This document shows, one piece after another, positions 53,771 through 64,000 of a stretch of 64,000 bases of DNA. Origin of the DNA: Octopus vulgaris (taxonomy: Eukaryota); the NCBI GenBank assembly GCA_951406725.2, contig OX597825.1:21824001-21888000 (forward strand). The letters run 5' to 3'. The notes under the pieces were generated by a model, which was not told the DNA's origin, searched no databases, and was given only the letters and a program-made list of their open reading frames with translations. The position numbers and the translations under genes were made by a program. Position 1 is the stretch's first letter, and each line of letters begins with the position of its first letter.

Positions 53771-54858
53771 GGGTTTAAGAAAGACTGGCTGTGTGGTAAG
53801 TAGCTTGCTTACCAACCACATGGTTCCGGGTTCAATCCCACTTCGTGGCAACTTGGGCAAGTGTCTTCTACTATAGCCTCGGGCCGACCAAAGCCTTGTG
53901 AGTGGATTTGGTAGACGGAAACTGAAAGAAGCCCGTCGTATATATATGTATATATATGTATGTGTGTGTATGTGTTTGTGTGTCTGTGTTTGTCCCCCTA
54001 GCATTGCTTGACAACCGATGCTGGTGTGTTTATGTCGCCGTCACTTAGCGGTTCGACAAAACAGACCGATAGAATAAGTACTGGGCTTACAAAGAATAAG
54101 TCCCGGGGTTTAAGAAAGACTGGCTGTGTGGCAAGTAGCTTGCTTACCAACCACATGGTTCCGGGTTCAATCCCACTTCGTGGCAACTTGGACAAGTGTC
54201 TTCTACTATAGCCTCGGGCCGACCAAAGCCTTGTGAGTGGATTTGGTAGACAAACTGAAAGAAGCCCGTCGTATATATGTATATATATGTATGTGTGTGT
54301 ATGTGTTTGTGTGTCTGTGTTTGTCCCCCTAGCATTGCTTGACAACCGATGCTGGTGTGTTTATGTCGCCGTCACTTAGCGGTTCGACAAAACAGACCGA
54401 TAGAATAAGTACTGGGCTTACAAAGAATAAGTCCCGGGGTTTAAGAAAGACTGGCTGTGTGGTAAGTAGCTTGCTTACCAACCACATGGTTCCGGGTTCA
54501 ATCCCACTTCGTGGCAACTTGGGCAAGATTCTTCTACTATAGCCTCGGGCCGACCAAAGCCTTGTGAGTGGATTTGGTAGACGGAAACTGAAAGAAGCCC
54601 GTCGTATATATGTATATATATGTATATGTGTGTATGTGTTTGTGTGTCTGTGTTTGTCCCCCTAGCATTGCTTGACAACCGATGCTGGTGTGTTTATGTC
54701 GCCGTCACTTAGCGGTTCGACAAAACAGACCGATAGAATATGTACTGGGCTTACAAAGAATAAGTCCCGGGGTCGAGTTGCTCGATTAAAGGTGGTGCTC
54801 CAGCATGGCTGCAGGCAAATGACTAAAACAAGTAAAAGAGTAAAAGAGTAAAAGAGTA
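53771..54858 (+). mobile_element. Head-to-tail trimer of SINE family B (~333-bp units)
   Basis: Three near-identical units beginning gggtttaagaaagactggctgtgtgg; only the last has the normal 3' tail with (gagtaaaa)n. Confidence 0.9.
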
Positions 54859-55104
54859 TCCAATTTTCTTCCCAAAATATACTTGCATTGGGCCATCAAG
54901 TAGGTAATTTATTTTTTTGCCCGTAAAAATCATCAAAAAATATCGGGTGACAAATAAAAGAGGATCATACATGCCAGTTTTTTGTGCTGGTGTCAGTATG
55001 ATATCTTTTCATAAAAAGAAATGCCGTTTAGGCTCCTGTTTCCTTTGTTCGTTGTTGTTTTTGTGGTTGTTGTTGTTGTCTTCTTCTGTTCTTCTAATCA
55101 GGAC

Positions 55105-55573
55105 TCACGTCAGTAGCCAGAAAGAATAATCTCTAATTCGAGCCTTCTCTAAGCTACTAAGAACGCGTGTGGCAACTTGAAGATCCACCCACCACACGCG
55201 ATAGACTGGCGGTTCGCACGGGCGTGAAAGCTACGTTGTTTTCCTCATTCCGTAAACGGTGGCTTTTAACGAGTGGAGAGCTGAACCATCGTGGGGAACA
55301 GAGGGATCGCAATCGAGCCTAGGGTCTGAAAGTTTACCACACCATAGTGGGTTACACCATGGTTCCTCTGCTTTGTTGTAGAAGTAGGATGTAAGAGTGA
55401 GAGAAAGAGTATTGAGTGGTGAAGGAGTATTGTGCCCCCCCCCCCGCCGGATGCTCGCAGGGCTTAGGTGTTTTTGCTCAATAAACACTCACAATGCTCC
55501 GTCTGGCAATCGAAATTGCGTTCTTACGACCGTGAGTCCACTACCCTAACCACTGGGCCATTGCGCCTCCACG
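55105..55573 (-). mobile_element. tRNA-derived SINE (family D)
   Basis: Minus head gtggaggcgcaatggcccagtggttagggtagtggactc...tttcgattgcc; collinear with 4316-4775. Confidence 0.78.
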
Positions 55574-56244
55574 GTTGTTGTTGCTTTTGTTATTGTTTTA
55601 GTCGGTGTTAAGAATGGCAATGTTGCTGATGCTTATCGTTGTTTCTGATCTTGCTGCCACTAACTTTGTCCATGTATTTGTCGAGTGGAACTAACTGCGA
55701 AAGACATCTTCGCCATGAAAACCACCTCCACACTTCTCTTCTTGGTTTCATGACAAATACAACGCCATATTAATGTTTTTCCAATATTTCGAAAAGAAAT
55801 ATTTACGTTTCGAAATTTCACCCCTTGGGGTAGATAAAAGTAATTTTTGCTAAGAGGCAGTATCCAACAAAACAGGAAACGAAACTGATAGACTTATAAG
55901 AATGAAAATAACCAAAAGAGTCACAGAGTTTTCGTGACACGTTTAGTGTTGGTGATAAACAAGAAGAAAAACAATAATATTCCTTTCTAGTATTGGGCAC
56001 AAGGTCTGAAATTTGGGGAGGAGATGATTTGATTACCTCGACCCCAATGTTTATCGACCCCAAAATGACAGAAGGCAAAGTCCACCTCCTAGAACGTGAA
56101 AATAAACGAAATACCGCTAAGAATTTTCCCCGGCGTGCTAAACATAATAACAACAACAGCAATAATAATTTACAACAGCAACAACAACAGCAATACTAAT
56201 ATTAATAATAACAACAACACCAATAACAGCAACGGCAACAAAAA

Positions 56245-56279
<35 letters not shown>

Positions 56280-56286
56280 ATACTAC

Positions 56287-56321
<35 letters not shown>

Positions 56322-56895
56322 GTAATAATAATAATCTGAGATGTTTCTAAAACGCTTTGTTGAAGATGATTTGGAGCAATAACTTAAACAATACAAATAC
56401 TATCTGCACGGAGTGACAAAGCCTCTACAGGAAGCATATCTACCTTAATTTTCACACGTCACCTTAAAGAAGTGTCTTTTATTAGATAATGCAGTTTGGG
56501 ATGCATAAACCGGCTAAATAGAGTCCGTTAGAATGTCTTTCATCACAGGTATGTTTGATTTGGTCTGGTAAGGATTGTACAATAACAACATACCAGAGCT
56601 GTTAAACTGAATATTACTGGCTGTGCATCTAGCAACTCATTAAACACGCAACGGTCTCGGGAGGTTTTTAACGTCTCAGATGATAAGGATATAGATGAAT
56701 TTAACTATATTGTCAATAAATGCAACAACAAGAACAGTGAAGTGTTCAAATATGATATGGGTAAAATGGACAGAAGGACGGAACAATTTTCCCCATCTTA
56801 CTATAGAAATAGTTGGTGGTTCCTACCAAAGGCATTTGCAGATCAAAACTTACAAAGGCCCACTATTTTGTTACTTATGAATATATCTTATACTA

Positions 56896-57290
56896 AGGCG
56901 GCGAGCTGGCAGAAACTTTAGCACGCCGGGCAAAATCCTTAGCGGTATTTCATCTGCCGCTACGTTCTGAGTTCAAATTCCGCCGAGGTCGACTTTGCCT
57001 TTCATCCTTTCGTGGTCGATATATTAAGGACCAGTTACGCACTGGGGTCGATATAACCGACTTAATCGGTTTGTCAGTCCTTGTTTTCCTCTCTGTGTGT
57101 AGCCCCTTGTGGGTAGCAAAGAAATAGGTATTTCGTCTGGCTTGAGGTTCTAAGTTTAAAATTCCGCCGCAGTCAACTTTACCTTTCATCCTTTCGAGGT
57201 CGACAAATTAAGTACCAGTTACGTACTGGGGTAGATCTAATTGATTGGCCCTTCCCCCAAAATTTCGGGCCTTGTACCCAAAACAGAAAA
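56896..57290 (+). mobile_element. SINE family C, ~1.5-mer
   Basis: aggcggcgagctggcagaaac...gttctgagttcaaattccgccgaggtcgac, then a restart at ggtatttcgtctg (57127). Confidence 0.85.
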
Positions 57291-57540
57291 GAATGTTTCT
57301 GAAACTAATTGATGATCCCATTCTCCTTCATATTTTGTTCTTCTTATCACTGTATTTCTTAAAGTGTAGTATCAGTAAGAAGATAAAGCTGCAGCTGTGC
57401 ACAACAATTGGTTTTCCAACCACCATCTAAACTTGAAACCTGGAAGAAAGCAACGAGGATTGCTTTCTTCTCAGTTGCTGGGCGTGTTCAATCGACGTTG
57501 TCTACGTTCAGTCCTGGGCAACGATGATGTTGTATGTGTG

Positions 57541-57592
<52 letters not shown>

Positions 57593-57958
57593 CATATTAA
57601 TTTTAAACGATTCGTATAAACATCGCAATATGTTAAGTTTTGGGGAAACTGTCAAACATAACTTGCATATAGGAATAATAGCACGACATGTTTATATGAA
57701 AATATCAAGAGATTATTGTGTAAAAAATATATTGGTACTTCCAATTTCATACGGTCCTTTTAATTTTCGTCCTCTATTTCATATCTCACTTAGACTTCTC
57801 CTTGTATCGCACTCCCTAGGTTTGTCAGTGTATACTTAAATGTCTGTATATCTTCAAGTGTTCGCATATATGTGTATATATATATATATGTGCGTGTATG
57901 TAAATATATATATATACATTCTGAGATTTAATTATGTGTATATATATATATATATATA

Positions 57959-58327
57959 CTAGCAGTATTGCCCGGCGTTGCTCGGGTTTGTAAGGGAAAT
58001 AACTATAAAGTATTTTTAGAGAGTTATAGCCAAAAAATGGAAAAGAAATGATGGTAAATTTTTTTAGTTAAAAAGGTCGAGTTGCGTCCCCTAGACAGTC
58101 TGTGGTTTGTGTTTCTGATTCTCGACCCCATGTCGAATTTATCGATTTTTTTCAGAACTGGGGGAACTTTTCAAACTTTTCGCTGCGTTAGTTTTGAATT
58201 ATGATATTGGGCTATGTGTGTGTCAAGTTTCATCAGAATCGGTTGAAAGCCGTGGTCAGGGTGAGGGTACAACCTAACAGCTACACACAGAAACACACAC
58301 AGACAATGTGCCGTTTATATGATAGAG

Positions 58328-58328
<1 letters not shown>
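57959..58328 (-). mobile_element. Non-autonomous Helitron-like element
   Basis: Minus strand starts TC (58328), ends CTAG (57959) with a GC hairpin (cccgagcaacgccggg) ~8 nt upstream; sits between A and T in a TA tract. Confidence 0.7.
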
Positions 58329-58393
<65 letters not shown>

Positions 58394-59058
58394 TACATTT
58401 AGTAAAATGAAGTACTGAACCCCCAACCTATGAATCAAATAACCACATAATATAATTTCTAAATTACTTGAAAAGACTATATAAATATACATAAATATAT
58501 AATGCAATAATTAAAATAAAATAAATATAAAACTAAACTTATACAATAACAAATAAGACATACATCCCAATAAAGGTAAATTTGAAAATAGTAATAGAGG
58601 ATAATTTAGAAGTAAAACTATGTGTAGGGTAATTACCCTCCTTGGTACTAATTACCTATAAATACCCAAAGCTCCCAGCTATCTTCTTCCTCAAATCCCC
58701 ATTTTAGTTCCAGCAAAAAAAAGGAAGAAATATATTTGAATTTTTCTAGTTATATATTACATTTAAACACAGAAATATATATTTATTCCGATGTTTAATC
58801 TTATATCTCAGGTTCTGTATTTGGCATATACATGATTTTACATGATTGATATATATACTAATTCATATTTAGAATTTATAATTCATTAATTTTAATTCTT
58901 AATATTACAAAGTATAATTTTTATACTTAATTTTTAATCTTTAATGCTTAACTCTATTGCTTATTTTTAAAGGGATGTAAAATAAGATATATACTATTTT
59001 GAAATGGAACCTGAATATGTGTTGGAATAATTGCAAATCTGACGTTTGCATATATATA

Positions 59059-59117
<59 letters not shown>

Positions 59118-59119
<2 letters not shown>

Positions 59120-59350
59120 CTTCCATTACTGAAACACGTGTAGCTACTTCATATTTAATAAATATAAGTTTTATCTATAGTATAATATAATTAATGAAGT
59201 ATATCATATAATCAGCTGCTAATTTTGGCAATATCGTTTCGTGAGTTGAAAACTGATACCATGCGCTTAGTGTCAGATGTACTACTCGTTAGGTCACTTT
59301 TGTATTATCTGAAATAAAATACCCGCATATCGATTAATCCCAAAAGGTTG
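59118..59350 (+). mobile_element. 5'-truncated pLTR-like fragment with 3' half of an HHR
   Basis: GAAAC-ACGU-GUA (59131-59142) near the start of a unique island between TA tracts. Confidence 0.4.
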
Positions 59351-59357
59351 AATACAT

Positions 59358-59637
<280 letters not shown>

Positions 59638-59925
59638 TATACTTTCAACAATTGAGGGTAAAATTAATTAATTATTAATCAATTTCACCAAGTATTCAGT
59701 ATGTAAAGGGACCATTTTAGGCGAATTCAAAATATTACATTATATATAAGGGCTTAGTAAAATAAATTACTTTGCCACATACTGAACTCATTAGAAATAG
59801 CAGCTAAAGAAATTTCTTCAGCTATTTCTAATACTTAAAGAAGATCTCTCTCAGATAGTGTTTGCCTAAACCAACTCACAAAGGTATGGGGGAAAAAAAT
59901 TAAAAACTCAAGTGCAAAGGTTATT

Positions 59926-59977
59926 TGAGAACGTACGTTTCTAGATTAGTCAATTCGACATTTCTTTCGTCAGCTCA
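59926..59977 (-). ncRNA. Minimal type I hammerhead ribozyme (mirror of 60558-60609)
   Basis: Reverse complement identical to 60558-60609. Confidence 0.72.
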
Positions 59978-60557
59978 GAATTCCTTGAATCGGATTTGGG
60001 AACACTGAAAGTTGGGAGCATACCCTTTCGACTTCTTATCACTTCTAGAATTCTGCTCGAACTAAAAGTGCTATCAAATCCGAATATGCAAGCAAAGAAT
60101 TTCTGCTCTCCCCTTTCCACCAGCGTGGGTTAAAATTGACAAACACCATGTATTAACGGTGAAAACCGCAGCATTTAACAGAGAGATGAATTATAATTTC
60201 AACAATTGAGGGTAAAATTAATTAATTATTAATCAATTTCACCAAGTATTCAGTATGTAAAGGGACCATTTTAGGCGAATTCAAAATATTACATTATATA
60301 TATTAATAATTAATTAATTTTACCCTCAATTGTTGAAATTATAATTCATCTCTCTCTGTTAAATGCTGCGGTTTTCACCGTTAATACATGGTGTTTGTCA
60401 ATTTTAACCCACGCTGGTGGAAAGGAGAGCAGAAATTCTTCGCTTGCATATTCGGATTTGATAGCACTTTTAGTTCGAGCAGAATTCTAGAAGTGATAAG
60501 AAGCCGAAAGGGTATGCTCCCAACTTTCAGTGTTCCCAAATCCGATTCAAGGAATTC

Positions 60558-60609
60558 TGAGCTGACGAAAGAAATGTCGAATTGACTAATCTAGAAACGT
60601 ACGTTCTCA
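60558..60609 (+). ncRNA. Minimal type I hammerhead ribozyme
   Basis: Stem I UGAG/CUCA; core CUGACGA(60562-68); imperfect stem II (AGA..GUC-gaauu-GAC..UCU); GAAA(60594-97); palindromic stem III AACGUACGUU; predicted cut after GUU at 60605. Confidence 0.72.
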
Positions 60610-60764
60610 AATAACCTTTGCACTTGATTTTTTAATGTTTTTTCCCCCATACCTTTGTGAGTTGGTTTAGGCAAACACTATCTGAGAGAGATCTTCTTTA
60701 AGTATTAGAAATAGCTGAAGAAATTTCTTTAGCTGCTATTTCTATATATATTTATTTTACTAAG

Positions 60765-60832
<68 letters not shown>

Positions 60833-60841
60833 ATATATATG

Positions 60842-60877
<36 letters not shown>

Positions 60878-60927
60878 CATCTATATAAATATGTATATAT
60901 ACATGTATGTATATGTATATACATACA

Positions 60928-60966
<39 letters not shown>

Positions 60967-60989
60967 ATGTATATATATACATATACATT

Positions 60990-61021
<32 letters not shown>

Positions 61022-61785
61022 AACATATATATGAATATATATGCATGTATATATATGTGTGTGTATATATATATACATACATTAAGCCAATATATATATG
61101 ACAGTTTGGTAGGCGGCGAGCTCTTAGATTCCTCAGCATGCCAGTCAAAATGTTTTGTAACTGCATTTGGTCTATCGTTACCTTCTGAATTCGAATTCCG
61201 CCGCCGTCGACTTTTCTTTCCAATACTAATGATTTAGTCGACTAAGCCCTTCCCATAAAATTCAGGTCTTTCCTCTCTTCTACGAAAATTGTTTGCTCAA
61301 ATCTATCTTGTCCGGATTCTTGAATGCCTATGTCAGAGGGAAACACATACGTTCCCTATTATTTGATTCAATTCATTTCAGAAAGGTGCCGGTCTCTGTA
61401 AAGAAGACGAAGAGAATATGATTAAATGAGAAAGTTTGCATTCAATCATTTCTGAAATAGAGCTGACAGCATAAAACTTTTCAAATATATGCAAAACGTA
61501 AATATAAGCCAAAATAATGTTTAATCTTTCATCCTATTTGTATTATCTACGAAAACAGATTTATAATTTGCATAATTACTCTATTTTAATTAAAAAATAA
61601 AACCTTGTTTGTTTAGCAAATGGCAGAAGTGTCAGTATATGTCACCTTAGGTGATGGCCTTTTCATGAAAAAGATTATGTAGGTGAATATTTTGGGGTAT
61701 CCGTATGCATAGACCTACAACTTTCAACATACATACATTCACACGAATGCCACCATGCATGTTTGTTGTTTGTACGTATATACAT

Positions 61786-61816
<31 letters not shown>

Positions 61817-61842
61817 AATATATATATTTGTACATATATGTA

Positions 61843-61932
<90 letters not shown>

Positions 61933-61986
61933 ACGTATATATACATATGTGTATGTATATATATATTTAGATATCTGTATATATGA

Positions 61987-62031
<45 letters not shown>

Positions 62032-62039
62032 TGTATATC

Positions 62040-62230
62040 TATGTGTGTCTGTGTTTCCCCCCCAAACCGATGCTGGAGTGTCTACGTCCTCGTAAGCCTG
62101 GCGGTTCGGCAAAAGTGACCGATAGAATAACTACTATGCTTACAAAGAATAAATCCTGGGGTTGATTTACTCGACTAAAGGCGGTGCTCCAGCACGGCCG
62201 CAGTCAAATGACTGAAACAAATATAAGAAT
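62040..62230 (+). mobile_element. SINE family B 3' half
   Basis: gtgtctgtgtttcccc...aaagaataaatcctggggttgatttactcgactaaaggcggtgctccagc...actgaaacaa. Confidence 0.75.
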
Positions 62231-62257
62231 AAAGGCTATATATATAATTTTGTGTGT

Positions 62258-62300
<43 letters not shown>

Positions 62301-62307
<7 letters not shown>

Positions 62308-62588
62308 ACCGACCAGACCATCACATGTTGTTACACATCGCTTGTCACAATGCGTTCGCATTGTTTCAGCCTTCGAATGACGCCACCCCGCTGCCTAAGC
62401 AAGCAGGCCAACAGAAGAAAGAGTGAGAGAAAGGGTGGTGAAAGAGTACAGCAGGGATCACCACCCCCTGCCTCGTGGAGCTTTTAGGTGTTTTCGCTCA
62501 ATAAACACTCACAACGCCCGGTCTGGGAATCGAAACCGCGATCCTGCGACGGCGAGTCCGCTGCCCTAACCACTAGGCCATTGCGTCT

Positions 62589-62592
<4 letters not shown>
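62301..62592 (-). mobile_element. tRNA-derived SINE (family D head, different tail)
   Basis: Minus head gtggagacgcaatggcctagtggttagggcagcggactcgccgtcgcaggatcgcggtttcgattccc with clear A and B boxes. Confidence 0.8.
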
Positions 62593-62687
<95 letters not shown>

Positions 62688-64000
62688 TTTAAATATAAAC
62701 ATATATATATGTTTATATATATAAGTAATTTTATACAGTAGTAATTTCCGTGGTTCAAAGTATGTTGGTCATCAGTTTTCACATTAAATAGCTTATCGTT
62801 TTCTCACCAAATTAAGTGCGAATGATCTCCTTTGCTGTCTTATTTTATTGGCCAAAAAACAACCGTCTAAATAAAGAGTGTCTTTGAAGAAATTATATAA
62901 TAACATGGAGGCATCTTTTTATCTTTTCTTTATCAAACTTTTAACTATCGATCTGTTATTATTTTAAAATATATAATATCGAACCCTTTGTTCTCTTCTT
63001 CGCTGGTATTATTAGCGCGATTTTTATCAAATAACATGGTATTACATTTTATATCAGTAAAATCTTTTTATAATGGTTCTTTAAATAAAATCCATTAGTA
63101 AATCGGCTTGTAACCACGTGTTTACACGATCGATATTAGGAAATATATATATATATATATATACTATATAGTCGTTCCGGTACATTATATCGTTTCACTT
63201 TATTTGCTATTTATATTTTATTTGTAGAAGAAATGAAAGTTATGGGGCGTTTCTAAACAAAACGGAGACTTTTTTTTATCGCGGATGCTTGTTTCGAACA
63301 ATGCATGCACAGCATAATTCCATAATGAAAACAGATATAACTCGTGTATACAATTTCATGAGACCTGACCGTATCCGGATTTTCATGGTAGGCTTATAGA
63401 AAAAAGAATCTTGTGCAAGAGATACTAGTCCAGCACAGGATTAATACACAGGTGGCATTGATTCCCTTTAAACGCTCTTATAATTTAAAATGCTTTGATT
63501 ATAATGTCTATGTTTTACAGCCAAACAACTAACCAAAAATAATCTACTTTATGAAGCCAGATATCTTTCAGTACCATTTATAATTGTAGAGAATGTAATG
63601 TTTTTCTCAGGTCTTCGTGATCACAGGGTTGGTTATTCAGTTTCCATGGTGTTCAAATGATCAAGATCACAACAATAAACTCTGAACGGGTCGCCACTGT
63701 GTCGTAGGATTCAAAACCAACAATTTTGAGTGAAGACGGTAAATCGATTACATCGATCCGATTACTTGGGGGTTCTTAATTTCATTGAGCCTGAAGGAAC
63801 GACAGCCAAACTGACCTAGGCGTGATTTGAAGTCAGAATGTAGGGAGCCGGATTCAATACTGCTAATCATTTTGTTCCGCATACAAACCATTCTGCCTGC
63901 TTTAGAGAGTATACAGAAGATTGCAACTTCGTAAAAGTTATTCTTAACCTTTGAATGCTAATTCAAATTCCAGCATCAAAATTTGGTTCACGGTTCAAAT

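Larger units (their letters stand above)
59643..60768. mobile_element. Non-coding HHR-bearing retrozyme/pLTR-like element: minus-strand 1.2-mer (554-bp period) plus inverted 5'-truncated copy, in (TA)n
   Basis: Direct repeats 59643-59748 and 60197-60302; 60303-60768 is the reverse complement of ~59749-60232; TA tracts at both ends and at the unit junctions. Confidence 0.85.

Noticed and set aside
57455-57525. Exon-like segment LLGVFNRRCLRSVLG
   Set aside because: It resembles a short C-terminal RTE/LINE remnant and does not continue the kinase domain.
62510-62592. tRNA gene-like sequence
   Set aside because: It has A and B boxes but no complete acceptor stem, and continues into a repeated SINE body, so it is a SINE head.
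62735-62785. Minus-strand CTGATGA...GAAA near a TA tract (similar case at ~42595-42620)
   Set aside because: No stem II or stem I pairing.

Overview
AT-rich, microsatellite- and SINE-dense animal genomic DNA. The repeat landscape suggests a cephalopod such as Octopus, but this is an inference. Three widely spaced, phase-compatible exons (13394-13555, 24955-25087, 41273-41419, + strand) encode part of a single-pass transmembrane protein kinase. The main signal is a set of (TA)n-targeted Penelope-like retroelement (PLE) insertions carrying minimal hammerhead ribozymes (HHRs). (1) A 6-kb PLE at 5371-11393 has RT, a CxCx5C linker and a C-terminal GIY-YIG endonuclease, with 1704-bp inverted arms that each hold an HHR. 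(2) A small palindromic element at 35607-35918 has two hammerhead folds with a non-canonical GUGAACA core (G3:C8 swap of the conserved C3:G8 pair). (3) A non-coding ~550-bp retrozyme-like unit at 59643-60768 is present in tandem and inverted form. Several half or degenerate HHR remnants also sit in TA tracts. All three intact insertions are arranged back to back with 3' ends in or next to (TA)n. The rest is tRNA-derived SINEs, a Tc1/mariner MITE, a Helitron-like element, an R4/Dong-like LINE fragment, minisatellites and simple repeats. Most short ORFs in the supplied track are microsatellite artefacts. All alignments and folds were done by eye.
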